64,000 nt of DNA from an uncultured Chloroflexia bacterium (GTDB taxonomy: Bacteria > Chloroflexota > Limnocylindria > Limnocylindrales > CSP1-4), in NCBI GenBank assembly GCA_963778645.1, contig CAVZVH010000021.1, forward strand, positions 17,191 through 81,190, written 5' to 3'. A program made the position numbers and the translations under genes. The stretch's first letter is position 1. Every line of letters begins with the position of its first letter. This document shows positions 30,970 through 42,965 of the stretch, piece by piece. The notes under the pieces are model-generated. The model worked only from the letters and a program-made list of their open reading frames with translations, was not told the DNA's origin and did not search any database.

Positions 30970-32396
30970 GCGCGAGACCCGCCGTCGGCCGAGCCCGAGG
31001 GTCCGTACGGCACACGGTCGGTCTCCTCGGCACCACCGGCGTCCCGTCCGCCGGCCGCCAGATCGGCCCTTGCCCAGCGCCTCGAGAGCGTGCGCAGCGC
31101 GAACAGGGTCGCGACCCCGAGCCCGGTGTACAGCACGACGACCGCCACGAAGGTTGCCTGGACACCGCCGGTCTGGGTCACCGCATCACTCGTTCGCAGC
31201 ACGAGATAGACGACCCACGGCTGACGGCCGACCTCGGTGACGATCCAGCCGGCTTCGAGCGCGATGATGGCCCCGATCCCGGCCAGGGCCGCCGCCCGCA
31301 GGAACCAGCGCGCCGTCGCGTAGTCCCGCCGACGGATCCGGAGGATCAGCCCCCAGACGCCGAGGAGCACGAGCGCGGTGCCGATCCCGACCATCGTGTT
31401 CCAGGCGAGGTGGACGACCGTGGCCGGCGGCCGCTGGTCGACGGGGATCTGGTCGAACCCGATGACCACCGTGTCCGGGCTGAAGCCGGCCAACAGCGAC
31501 CCGAGTTCGGGGATCTCGATACCGCCCACGACCACGCCGTCGACCAGGATGCCCCCGAGCGTCACTGGCTGGTGCGGGCCCGTGGTCATGATGTACTCCA
31601 TCGCGGCGAACTTCGCCGGCTGATCCTTGACGAGCTCACGGGCCGCGATGTCGCCGACGGCCACCTGGATGGGCGCCGCGATGGCCGCGGTCACGAACGG
31701 GATCAGGAAGCCGAGGCGCAGGTATCGGTCCGCCTGACCGCGAGCCCGGAGCAGCCCGACGGCGTACACCGAGGCGAGCAGGAAGCCGGTCACGAGGTAC
31801 GCGGCCAGCAGCATGTGCGGGACCTCGTAGAAGGTGGCGCGGTTGAAGATGACCTCAAGCGGCTGGACCGATGCGACCCGCCCGTCGGGACCCAGGACGT
31901 AGCCGGCCGGCTGGTTCATCCACGCGTTGGCCGCCACGACCGAGAACGTCCCACCGATGCCGGCCAGGATCACCGGGATGCCACTCCACAGGTGGGCGCG
32001 TGGCGAGAGCCGGTTCCAGCCATAGATGTAGATGGCGATGAAGATCGCTTCGAGGAAGAAGAAGATCCCCTCGATCGCGAACGGCAGGCCGAAGGCCCCA
32101 CCGAAACGGCCCATGAGGACCGGCCAGAGCAGGCCCATCTCGAACGAGAGGACCGTGCCGGTGACCGCACCCACCGCGAACGTCACGGCCATGACCGTCG
32201 ACCACCGACGGGCGAGCAGCAGGGCCACTGGGTCGCTTTGGCGCAGGCCGATCCAGTTGGCGACGACGACGAGGAAAGGCAGCCCCACGCCCAGGCACGC
32301 CAGCACGATGTGAAAGCCGAGGGTGAATGCCATCTGCGACCGGGCGGCCAGCAGCTCAGCGGGAGCGGCGTCGAGCGGGAACGGGATCGGGATCAT
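30966..32396 (-). CDS. cydA: Cytochrome bd ubiquinol oxidase subunit I
   Basis: …GFHIVLACLGVGLPFLVVV…, Q-loop region. ATG at 32396 inside longer ORF. Confidence 0.9.
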   Translation of the reverse strand: MIPIPFPLDAAPAELLAARSQMAFTLGFHIVLACLGVGLPFLVVVANWIGLRQSDPVALLLARRWSTVMAVTFAVGAVTGTVLSFEMGLLWPVLMGRFGGAFGLPFAIEGIFFFLEAIFIAIYIYGWNRLSPRAHLWSGIPVILAGIGGTFSVVAANAWMNQPAGYVLGPDGRVASVQPLEVIFNRATFYEVPHMLLAAYLVTGFLLASVYAVGLLRARGQADRYLRLGFLIPFVTAAIAAPIQVAVGDIAARELVKDQPAKFAAMEYIMTTGPHQPVTLGGILVDGVVVGGIEIPELGSLLAGFSPDTVVIGFDQIPVDQRPPATVVHLAWNTMVGIGTALVLLGVWGLILRIRRRDYATARWFLRAAALAGIGAIIALEAGWIVTEVGRQPWVVYLVLRTSDAVTQTGGVQATFVAVVVLYTGLGVATLFALRTLSRRWARADLAAGGRDAGGAEETDRVPYGPSGSADGGSRA

Positions 32397-32619
32397 CGGG
32401 CGGCTCGATCGTACTCCCGACCGGATCGGCGGTCGCGCACACGCGGTCCGCGCCCCGATCGACGTCGGGCCGAGCCCCTCGATGTGCCGGCCGACCCTCC
32501 GAAATACCTGTGCTAGGCTGGGTATTCGCCACGCTGCGTGGCGGGCTCCGCGTGGTCGACTTCCTCTCGAACGGGCCGTGCGTTCCGCCATCCGCGTTCG
32601 GGAACTGTTGGAGGCCCTC

Positions 32620-32826
32620 ATGGCCACCGGGACCATCAAGCGAGTCATCGCCGATCGCGGCTTTGGATTCATCTCCGCCGAGGATGAGAAGGAGTACTTC
32701 TTCCATCGCGGCGCCCTGGATGCCTCGATGGAGTTCGAACGCCTGGTCGGCGGCGAGCGCGTCGAGTTCGAGATCGAAGAGAGCCCGAAAGGCCCGCGCG
32801 CATCGAACGTTCGGCCCGCCGAGTGA
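32620..32826 (+). CDS. Cold-shock protein (CspA family)
   Basis: GTIKRVIADRGFGFISAEDEKEYFFH RNP motifs. GGAG RBS 7 nt upstream. Confidence 0.85.
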   Translation: MATGTIKRVIADRGFGFISAEDEKEYFFHRGALDASMEFERLVGGERVEFEIEESPKGPRASNVRPAE

Positions 32827-32837
32827 CAAACTCACGT

Positions 32838-32857
32838 CCCGTCATCTGACGGGACGC
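32838..32857 (+). terminator. Putative hairpin terminator after csp (GTCCCGTCA-tc-TGACGGGAC)
   Basis: Perfect 9-bp stem 12 nt after the stop. No U tract. Confidence 0.35.
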
Positions 32858-32943
32858 CTGCCCCCCGTCTCGAAACCAGCGGGCTAAGCGACTGGGACCT
32901 TCGGGGGATGCCCGCCGGTCGCGCCGAGCGACACCGTCGGGTC

Positions 32944-33378
32944 ATGAAATTCCTCCTGCGCATCGGCGTCGTCGCCGTCTTCATCGTCGGTGGCCTGGTC
33001 TTCCGGGATCGGCTCGGTGGAAGCCCCGCCGAGCTCCAGGTCGGAGACTGCTTCGACGTCCCGACGACGATCGATCAGACCGTCAACGACGTGCAGCACC
33101 ATCCGTGCACGGAGACCCACACCGGCGAGGTCGTCCTCGTGACCAAGCATCCGGCCGCCAAGGGGGCACCGGAGCCGGGCGACGACGAGCTGACGTCGTA
33201 CCTGATCAGCACCTGCGGCGCAGCCCTGACGAAGTACGCCGGATCGGACACCGACAGGTTCGATCTCGGTGCGTTCTATCCCACCGAGGAAGACTGGAAG
33301 AACGGCGACCGTGGGGTCACCTGCTATCTCACGATGCTCGACGAATCCGCGATGACGGTGTCGTTCAAGACGAAGTGA
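32944..33378 (+). CDS. Septum formation family protein (membrane-anchored, conserved Cys pairs)
   Basis: N-terminal TM, DCFD…C…C pattern typical of actinobacterial Septum_form domain. Confidence 0.5.
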   Translation: MKFLLRIGVVAVFIVGGLVFRDRLGGSPAELQVGDCFDVPTTIDQTVNDVQHHPCTETHTGEVVLVTKHPAAKGAPEPGDDELTSYLISTCGAALTKYAGSDTDRFDLGAFYPTEEDWKNGDRGVTCYLTMLDESAMTVSFKTK

Positions 33379-33388
33379 CCGCGCGGGC

Positions 33389-34396
33389 TCAGTCCCGGCC
33401 CACCGTCACCAGCACCGCACAGTGGTCCCCGGCCGGCGGGCAGCGCGTGGCTTCCTTGAGCGGCCGAAGGCCGGGCCCGGTCATCACGACATCGATCCTG
33501 ATGAGACCGATCCCGAGCGGCTCGAGGAGGTCCGGGCGGTAGGTCCAGCCCGGCCCGACCCCGACATCCGCATGGGCGTCGCGAAGCCCGGCCGTGAACC
33601 ACGCGAACGCAGGCTCCGTCGGTGCCGTGTTGATGTCGCCGACCACGAGGACCGGTTCGCCGGCGGTCAGGGCCTGGTCGATGTCCTCCGAGATTCGTGC
33701 GAGGGCCGCGTTTCGCAACGTCGGATCGAACCCGACCGGCAACGCGAGTGGTCCTCGGGGCATGCGCGCCGGCAGGGGATGGACATTGAGGATCCAGATC
33801 CGGCCGCCCGGCACCTCGACGATGGCGTCGAGCCTGGACGGGTCACCCTCGAAGGTCACGTCCGAGAGCGGATGGCGGCTGAGCAGACCAAGGCCGAGCA
33901 CATCATCCCGCGGATAGAAGGCCTGGTAGGGATAGTGGCTCGTGAGCACCGGGTCGGTCGCGATGGCGTCGGCGAACTCCGGTGTGAGTTCCTGCAACGC
34001 GACCACGTCGGCGGACATCGGCTGGAGGAACGCGACCGCGTCGGGCGCGGCACGGGACATGATCTCGAGGTTGAACGTCGCCACTTCGACAGTGGGCCCA
34101 TCCGCGACTGATCCCGGCGGCGACCACCACTCACCGCCGAAACGCACGACGGCGGCGATGCCCAGGACGACCAACCCGAGACGCAGCGCCCAGGCACCAC
34201 GAAGGACGGCAAACGGCACGAGGAGGAGCGCCGCGATCGTCAGGTGGGCAGCGAGCACCTGGGCGAGACCGACGGGTCCGTCACCAGGTCCCGGGACGAG
34301 GCCCGCAAGGTCGAGGATCGCGACTGCCACGACGAACGCGGCGAGGACTCGAAGCAGCGCGCGACGTGGCGCGGCGTTCGGTCCTTCGGCTCCCAC
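33389..34396 (-). CDS. Endonuclease/exonuclease/phosphatase (EEP) family membrane protein
   Basis: …ATFNLE…, …ALQELT…, …VVGDINTAP… EEP catalytic blocks. GTG start with GAGGGGG RBS. Confidence 0.65.
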   Translation of the reverse strand: MGAEGPNAAPRRALLRVLAAFVVAVAILDLAGLVPGPGDGPVGLAQVLAAHLTIAALLLVPFAVLRGAWALRLGLVVLGIAAVVRFGGEWWSPPGSVADGPTVEVATFNLEIMSRAAPDAVAFLQPMSADVVALQELTPEFADAIATDPVLTSHYPYQAFYPRDDVLGLGLLSRHPLSDVTFEGDPSRLDAIVEVPGGRIWILNVHPLPARMPRGPLALPVGFDPTLRNAALARISEDIDQALTAGEPVLVVGDINTAPTEPAFAWFTAGLRDAHADVGVGPGWTYRPDLLEPLGIGLIRIDVVMTGPGLRPLKEATRCPPAGDHCAVLVTVGRD

Positions 34397-34463
34397 GCCC
34401 CCTCGGACGATCGCGAGCGGGTGTTCGTGTCGCGGGGTCCTAGGGCGGCGCCCCGAGGCAGGG

Positions 34464-35345
34464 TCACGCGTCGATGAGCGGCGCCACCTCCCGGGCGAAT
34501 CGCTCGGCCTGAGCCACGACCTCTGCCGGATCCGTCGTTTCGAAGTAGAGCGCCAGATGCGTGGCCCCGTGACCCGCGAACGCCTTGGCCTCGGCGGCGA
34601 TCTCCTCGGGCGTGCCGCGCATCGCGTAATAACGGTCGCTTGCCGCGCCGAACTGGACACGGACCCGCGCCGACAGCCACGGTGCCGGCCGACCGGCCGC
34701 CTCGGCCGCGGCCCGCACCACCGGCACGCGCTCGCCGAAGGCCATCGGGCTGGCCGCGCTCGAGTGGTAGCCGTCCGCGAGTCCTCCCGCCCGCCGCAGG
34801 GCCGGCTCAGCCCGGCCACCGACCACGATCGGGAGCTCGGCCCCTTGCTCGGGAAGTGGCCCGAAGGCGAAGTCGTCGATCGTGTGGAAACGTCCGTGGA
34901 ACGGCTCGGTCGAACCGGACCACAGGTGACGCCACAGCCGGATGGTCTCGTCGAGATAGGCGCCGCGGACGTGGAACCGGTCCGCGACCCCGATGTTCCC
35001 GAACTCGTCGCGATTCCAGCCGACCCCGACGCCGGCGACGACCCGGCCGCCGCTCAATGAATCGAGCGAGGCGAGCTCCTTCGCCAGGAGGACCGCGTTG
35101 CGCTGCGGGACGACGATGACGCTCGTCCCCAGGCGCAGGTTCGGGTGCCGGGCACCGACCCAGGCCAGCGTCAGGATGGCCTCGTAGATCCGGCCGTACT
35201 CATCGGCACCGGCGCGGTTGATGAGGACGTGGTCGGTCGTCCAGACGGTCGACCATCCCAGCCGTTCGGCGACCTCGGCGGCGGCCTCGATGCCTTCGGG
35301 CGACGAACCATCGGGAAAGTTCGGGAGCGCGAGGCCGTAGTCCAT
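34464..35345 (-). CDS. LLM class F420-dependent oxidoreductase (luciferase-like monooxygenase)
   Basis: MDYGLALPNFPDGSS…TTDHVL… typical LLM N-terminus. Confidence 0.75.
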   Translation of the reverse strand: MDYGLALPNFPDGSSPEGIEAAAEVAERLGWSTVWTTDHVLINRAGADEYGRIYEAILTLAWVGARHPNLRLGTSVIVVPQRNAVLLAKELASLDSLSGGRVVAGVGVGWNRDEFGNIGVADRFHVRGAYLDETIRLWRHLWSGSTEPFHGRFHTIDDFAFGPLPEQGAELPIVVGGRAEPALRRAGGLADGYHSSAASPMAFGERVPVVRAAAEAAGRPAPWLSARVRVQFGAASDRYYAMRGTPEEIAAEAKAFAGHGATHLALYFETTDPAEVVAQAERFAREVAPLIDA

Positions 35346-35500
35346 GGCCCCCGGATGGTACGGGAATGACCGACTGGGCTCGGCTGTCGTTGGACTCCGC
35401 GGACCGGACCTTGAGCGGCGTACCATCGGTCCAGGCGAACGATGGACGCTCGATGCCATGGCATTTCTTGCCACGTCGGGTTCGTCGCCGGGAGGTAGTC

Positions 35501-35761
35501 GTGGGCATCATCGCGTGGATCGTGTTGGGGGCGATCGCCGGCTTCATCACGAACATGATCATGGGCGGCAAGGAAGGCGTGATCCAGACGATCATCCTGG
35601 GCATCGTCGGTGCCGTCGTCGGCGGATTCCTGGCCGGGAGGGTTCTGAACGTCGCGGACGTGACTGGCATCAATATCGAGAGCATCGTGGTCTCGGTGGT
35701 CGGTGGAGTCATCGTCGTCGCGGCCTACCGGGTGCTCGTGGGTCGACGCTCAGCGATCTGA
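35501..35761 (+). CDS. GlsB/YeaQ/YmgE family stress-response membrane protein
   Basis: GIIAWIVLGAIAGFI…GGKEG…IILGIVGAVVGGF. GGAGG RBS, GTG start. Confidence 0.7.
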   Translation: MGIIAWIVLGAIAGFITNMIMGGKEGVIQTIILGIVGAVVGGFLAGRVLNVADVTGINIESIVVSVVGGVIVVAAYRVLVGRRSAI

Positions 35762-35794
35762 CAGCGGCCGCGACTGGCTGCTGGGAAAGGGCCG

Positions 35795-36057
35795 TGAGCG
35801 AGGCCGAAGACCGCTACTTCGCCGAGATCGTCGCGGACTGCGAGGGCGTCCTCGGTCGCGGGATCGAGCTGCTCGAGCTGGACCGCGAAGACGGCGATGA
35901 CGCCGTGCGGCTCGTCGCCCGGTATCGACTCGAGGACTGGATCGGGGAGAGCACCGCGAGCGGAGAGACGGTCGTCGCCGCGCACGCCGCGCTTCGCGCA
36001 CGGCTCTTGTTCGATCGGATCCGCCTGGGCTTCACGGCGATCATCGAGCGTACTTGA
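35795..36057 (+). CDS. Small hypothetical protein (GTG start)
   Basis: High GC3 frame continuing after the glsB-like stop. Confidence 0.3.
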
Positions 36058-36131
36058 CGGTCATCCATACGACGTCCGCCCGCGAAGGACGGTACGGGGT
36101 AGCTAACCCGGCGAGCCTGAGGAGGTGGGGA

Positions 36132-36971
36132 GTGGCACACAGCGCGGTCCTGAAGGAGATCCGACGCCTCGATCCGGTGAAGGACCATCAGAGGATCGCG
36201 TTCCTGACGTCGCTCCAGGAATTCCCGTGGGACACGACACGCTCGCTGGAGCTCGCGCTGTTCCGTGCGTTCGCAGTCGCGAAGGGGACGACCCTGCTGG
36301 CCGGCACCGGCGAGTTCACCGAGCGGACGCAGAAGCGGTACGACGACACGGTCCTGATCCTCGCCGAGATCCTGGAGCACGGCTACGACAGCCAGCGGGG
36401 CAAGGCCGCCCTGCGGCGGATCAACCAGATGCACGGCCGCTACTCGATCCCGAACGACGAGTTCCTGTACGTCCTCTCGACGTTCGTGTTCGAACCGATC
36501 CGCTGGAACGAGCGATTCGGCTGGCGACCCCTGCTCCGGCAGGAGAAGCTGGCGTCATTCCACTTCTGGCGTGAGATCGCCCGGCGCATGGCGATCAAGG
36601 ACGTGCCGGAGGACTATGCGACGTTCGAGCGCTACTACGAGGACTTCGCGATCGCGAACTATCGATATGCGCCGGAGAACGGGGCGCTGGCCCGAGCGAC
36701 GCGGGATCTCCTGCTGAGCTGGTACCTGCCCAGGCCGCTCTGGCCACTCGGCCGGCCGTTCGTCCACGCGATGATGGATGACCGACTGCTCGACGCGGTC
36801 GGACTACCGCATCCGCATCCGGCCATCCGACGATTCACCGAAGGCGCCGTTCGGTTGCGCAGCCGGATCGTCCGCCGCCTGCCGCCGCGCCGGCAACCAC
36901 GACTGATCACGCGCCAGCGCCACCCGACGTATCCGAAGGGCTACACGATCGAGGAGCTCGGCGTCCACTGA
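36132..36971 (+). CDS. Oxygenase MpaB family protein (DUF2236)
   Basis: …RINQMHGRYSIPNDEFLYVLSTFVFEPIRW…. GGAGGTG RBS before GTG 36132. Confidence 0.6.
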   Translation: MAHSAVLKEIRRLDPVKDHQRIAFLTSLQEFPWDTTRSLELALFRAFAVAKGTTLLAGTGEFTERTQKRYDDTVLILAEILEHGYDSQRGKAALRRINQMHGRYSIPNDEFLYVLSTFVFEPIRWNERFGWRPLLRQEKLASFHFWREIARRMAIKDVPEDYATFERYYEDFAIANYRYAPENGALARATRDLLLSWYLPRPLWPLGRPFVHAMMDDRLLDAVGLPHPHPAIRRFTEGAVRLRSRIVRRLPPRRQPRLITRQRHPTYPKGYTIEELGVH

Positions 36972-37095
36972 ATGGCCCTTCCGATCGACCGTCGCGCGAC
37001 GCCGGTCGGGATCCTCGACACGGAAACGGCGAGGGCTCCGAGAGCCCTCGCCGTTCGTGGTGGAATGCCGGGTCGGGGACCCGGGTCGCGGCGCT

Positions 37096-37788
37096 CTAGG
37101 CGATCGCGGTCGCCGGCCGCAGGACCGGAACCTTGACCTTCTCGGTCTCGGCTCGCGTCGCCCACACGAGGCCCAAGCCCGTCAGCAGGATCGTGACGCC
37201 GAAGCCGGCGAGGAGGGCGGCGATGCCCAGCCCGATCTGCAGTGCCGAGGCCGTCACGCTGCCGACACCGAGCTCGGCGATCAGCGCGTGTGCGGTGCCT
37301 GTCCAGACCTGTCCGCGGGCCGCAGCCTCGATGGGGTTCGAGCGGTCGAAGCCTGTCCAGTAGCGGCCCTCGGTCGCGAACTCGTAGGTGCCTGCCGCGT
37401 AGACCGTGCCGTCGTCGGCCGTGACCGCCTCGTCGAGGACGATCGTCGTGGTGCCGTGCAGGGTGTGGTAGGCGATCGTCGCCATCTGGTACATGTATTC
37501 GCTGGCAGTGTTGACCAGCGGGTCATTCGGGTTGAGCTCCGAGGTGTTGACCGCGTAGCCCCAGTCGTTGGTCAGGAGCGACATGATCGCCACGGCGCCT
37601 TCGGTCTCGCCGCGGTCGACCAGCTGTCCGGATTCGTTGTAGCTCAGGGTGACATTCTGCGCGGCGCTGAATGCCTGGAGCGACTTGGCTCCCTGGTCCG
37701 TCTTGTAGAAGGCAAACCCACCGCCCGCGATGAACGCGAGCCCGATGACTGCCAGCATGACGCCGAGGCCCTTCAATCGATCGTTCAT
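37096..37788 (-). CDS. Membrane protein, unknown function (N- and C-terminal TM helices)
   Basis: RBS GAGGATGG before ATG 37788. Confidence 0.5.
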   Translation of the reverse strand: MNDRLKGLGVMLAVIGLAFIAGGGFAFYKTDQGAKSLQAFSAAQNVTLSYNESGQLVDRGETEGAVAIMSLLTNDWGYAVNTSELNPNDPLVNTASEYMYQMATIAYHTLHGTTTIVLDEAVTADDGTVYAAGTYEFATEGRYWTGFDRSNPIEAAARGQVWTGTAHALIAELGVGSVTASALQIGLGIAALLAGFGVTILLTGLGLVWATRAETEKVKVPVLRPATAIA

Positions 37789-37987
37789 GGTTCCATCCTC
37801 GCTGACTTCTTCTACTTTGGCTCTGTCGGAAATCAGAGTCCGCGATGCGTTGGATTTGGGCTACGGGCCATGCCGACCGTTCTGACGGGCCGATCGACCC
37901 TGTTTGGAGCGAATGACACGGGTGGAGGGCCGAATCCTCCCAGCCCCGGCCGGGATCCAGGCCCCGGCTGGATACCCTCCGGGGGTA

Positions 37988-38058
37988 TTGACAAGGGCTT
38001 GACAAATCGCGTTCGAGGCGCATGATTGTCACCACGCAGGGCTTGTCAAGACTTGACA
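37988..38058. promoter_or_regulatory. Cluster of four TTGACA hexamers within CTTGACAAG/CTTGTCAAG motifs, upstream of dnaG
   Basis: TTGACA at 37988, 37999, 38053 and reverse at 38045. Consensus -35 boxes are uncommon in this GC background. Confidence 0.35.
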
Positions 38059-38155
38059 GGCCCACAGTCATGTCCGGCTCCTGGCGGTAGGGGTCGAACG
38101 AGCGGATCGGGCGCGGCAGGGCGTTCGGTTCGGAAGCAAGCGCAGGAGGCGCCAT

Positions 38156-40067
38156 TTGTCGGTCGGTGTCGCAGCCGAAGTCAAGAGCAAGCTGTCGGTC
38201 GTCGAGGTCGTCGGCGAGACGGTCACACTCAAGAAGGCGGGCACCACCTACAAAGGCCTCTGTCCGTTCCACGGCGAGAAGACGCCGTCGTTCGTGGTCA
38301 CCCCGGTCCGTGAGAGCTGGCACTGCTTCGGGTGCGGACTGGGCGGGGACATCTTCAGTTTCGTCATGCAGCGGGACGGCGTGCCGTTCCCCGAAGCCCT
38401 CCGCACGCTGGCCAGTCGCGCCGGCGTCGAGATCGACGAGCGGACGAAGCGCGAGGATGCCCACAAGGCCCGGCTCCGCCAGGTCCTCGACCACGCGATC
38501 GGCTTCTATCACGCGGTCCTGATCCACAAGGCGCCGACGGCGCTGGCGTACCTGCGCGACCGTGGTTTCACCGACGAGACCATCGAGACCTACCAGCTCG
38601 GCTGGGCGCCGGCCGGCTGGGACCAGATGACCAAGACGCTCGCGACCAAGCGCGACGTCCGTCCGGAGGAGCTCGTCGAGGTTGGTTTGGCCTCGCCCCG
38701 GACGAGCGGTCGCGGCGGGGTCTACGACAAGTTCCGGGCTCGCGTCATCTTCCCGATCCGCGACCAGAGCGGTCACGCGGTCGGGTTGGGTGGACGACTG
38801 TTGGAGGGCGAGGGACCCAAGTACCTCAACTCACCATCGACACCGCTCTTCGACAAGAGTCGGACGCTCTACCTGATCGATCGCGCCAAGGGCCCGATCC
38901 GACGCCAGGACCAGGCCGTCATCGTCGAGGGCTACACCGACGCGCTCATGGCCCACCAGGCCGGGTTCGACAACGTCGTGGCCTCGCTCGGGACCGCGCT
39001 GACCCCTGGTCAGGTGGCGTTGCTGACCCGTTACGCCAAGCGGATCGTGCTCGCCTACGACGTCGACGCCGCGGGCGAGAAGGCGGGCACGCTCGGGGTG
39101 ACCGCCCTCGCCGAGCTCATCCGCCAGCTCCAGTCGGACGCGACCGGGGTCAAGCTCGAGGACGTGCGCGTCGCGCGGTTGCCGGACGGGAAGGACCCGG
39201 ACGAGGTCGTTCGCGAGTCGACGGACGCCTGGACGGGTGCGATCAGCGCCGCCAAGCCGCTCGTCGAATACCTCATCGGCCACCACGCGCAGCGATTCGA
39301 TCTCAAGACCTCGTCGGGGCGGCTGGGCTTCGTCGACGCCGTCATGCCGTCCCTTCGTGACATCGCCGATCCACTGCGCCGCGACGAGGCGTTGCAGGAG
39401 GTCCGTCGGGTGTCCGGGGTCGAGGAGCGCGTGCTGCGCCAGGTCCTGGAGCGCCGCCTGGCGGCGACCGGTCCGGGCCGCGCCGGCGACCAGCAGTCCC
39501 GCATCACCGCCGACTCGGTGCTGGCCTCGCCAGATGCGCTGCCGATCGAGTCCATCCTGCGGGCCATCACCCCCGTCGAGTCGGAGCTGCTCCGTTTGCT
39601 CCTGCTGGTCCCGGACGAGCAACTGCGCGTCGCCGAGGAGCTCGGACCGGACCAGCTGCCCTCGACCGTCGCGCGCGAGCTGTTCCGGGCGATCGTCCTC
39701 CAGCGTGAGTCCGACGACCGGGGCATCCACCCGCCGTTCGACGGTGCCGCGCTCCTGCTCGTGCTCGACGATGAAACGGCGGCGCTCGCCCGCGCGTTGT
39801 ATGCGAAGGCGGGACCGGATCCGAGGACGCTCGACGCCCACGACCTCGACTACGAGATCAACCGACTCCTCATCCAGCTCGAAGACGATCGGCTGCGCGA
39901 GCGCAGCGAATACAACGAGGCCGCCCAGGGGGAAGCCGAACGAGCGGGCGACGCCGAGTCGATCGCGCGACTCGAACTCGAAGGACGACAGATCAATGAA
40001 GCACGCCGGTCGCTGGACCGACGTCGAGACCAGACCCGGCTGTTTCGTCAGCCATCGGAGGTAACCC

Positions 40068-40078
<11 letters not shown>
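38156..40078 (+). CDS. dnaG: DNA primase
   Basis: Zn-ribbon [11 protein letters not shown]…CFGCG, Toprim EGYTD…, TTG start with AGGAGG 7 nt upstream. Confidence 0.9.
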
Positions 40079-41795
<1,717 letters not shown>

Positions 41796-41805
41796 ATCGC
41801 GCTCG

Positions 41806-41836
41806 GGTCGGACGGCCGTCGCGATCTCCGACCCGG
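41806..41836 (+). terminator. Putative hairpin after rpoD (GGGTCGGA-N14-TCCGACCC)
   Basis: 8-bp stem just after the stop. No U tract. Confidence 0.3.
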
Positions 41837-41936
41837 GGTGGTGTGGGTGGTTCCTGCGCGCACCGCTTTTGCCGCGTCGCCGTTCCGCTCCTTGCTGCCC
41901 GGTAGTACTTTTGACCCCTTCCTACGGGGTGTACCA

Positions 41937-42965
41937 ATGGACGAGTCCGAGCAGCACAACGTCTCCGAGTCTTCCGAGTCGACCGTCGCCGTTGACGAGC
42001 AGCCTGCTGCCGCGCCAGAGGCGGAGCATGACGCCGGCCCGCGAGGGTTCCTGAGCGAACTCACCAACGCGATGCGGGGCGCGGCTGAGCGCGAACGCGA
42101 GCGGGTCTCCGCCGAGGTCGATGCCGCCACCGAAGCGCATGTCGAGAAGGTGCGTGCCCGTGCGGCCACCGAAGCGGCCGAGCTGCGCCGCCTGGCCGAG
42201 GACGACATCGACGGCATCCACGCCTGGTCGAAGGAAGAGACGATCCGGATCCGCGACGAGACCGAGCTTCGGATCGGGACACGTCGCGAGGAGCTTCAGG
42301 GCTACCTCATCCGGCACGCCGCGATCATCGACGGCGAAGTCGGTCACGTCGAGGGCGCGGTCCGCGACTATCGGACCGAGCTCGATCAGTTCTTCGCGCG
42401 CCTGGTCGCCGAGACGGACCCGGCCGCATTCGCGCGCATGGCCGACGAGATGCCCGAACCGCCCGACCTGGGCAAGGTCGGCAGCGCGGCCCGAGCCGAG
42501 GCCGTCGCCGCCCTGGCCGAAGAGCAGGACGCCGCGGACGCGGGTGTCGCCGACGCGGTGGCGAGTGCCGAGGTCAGCGGGCAGCAAGCGGCCGCCGCCT
42601 CGACGGCCTTCAACCCCATGCAACCCGGCCCGGAACTCGTGCCGGTCATGAACCAGGCCAGCGAGATGGCGAACGGCAGCACGGTCATGGCCGACGTCGT
42701 GGCCAGCGGTGAGGCTACCGCGACGAGTGCCGAGGCCGCGAGTGACGCGGCCGATGCGTCGACCGAAGCCGGGACCACGTCCGGTGAGGCGGCCGCAGAG
42801 GCGACCGAGGCGGCCGGCGAGTCGACCGAGCAGCCCAACGCCGCCGTCCGCATCCTGCGGTCGATCGCATCGTCGCTGGCCCCGTCGTCGGAGCACCCGA
42901 ACGAGGCCGTGGCCGAGACGGTCCCCGCCGGGGCCACGGCTGACGAGGACGAGCCCAAGGCGTAG
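41937..42965 (+). CDS. Acidic Ala/Glu-rich coiled-coil protein, unknown function
   Basis: Low-complexity helical sequence, high GC3. Confidence 0.5.
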   Translation: MDESEQHNVSESSESTVAVDEQPAAAPEAEHDAGPRGFLSELTNAMRGAAERERERVSAEVDAATEAHVEKVRARAATEAAELRRLAEDDIDGIHAWSKEETIRIRDETELRIGTRREELQGYLIRHAAIIDGEVGHVEGAVRDYRTELDQFFARLVAETDPAAFARMADEMPEPPDLGKVGSAARAEAVAALAEEQDAADAGVADAVASAEVSGQQAAAASTAFNPMQPGPELVPVMNQASEMANGSTVMADVVASGEATATSAEAASDAADASTEAGTTSGEAAAEATEAAGESTEQPNAAVRILRSIASSLAPSSEHPNEAVAETVPAGATADEDEPKA

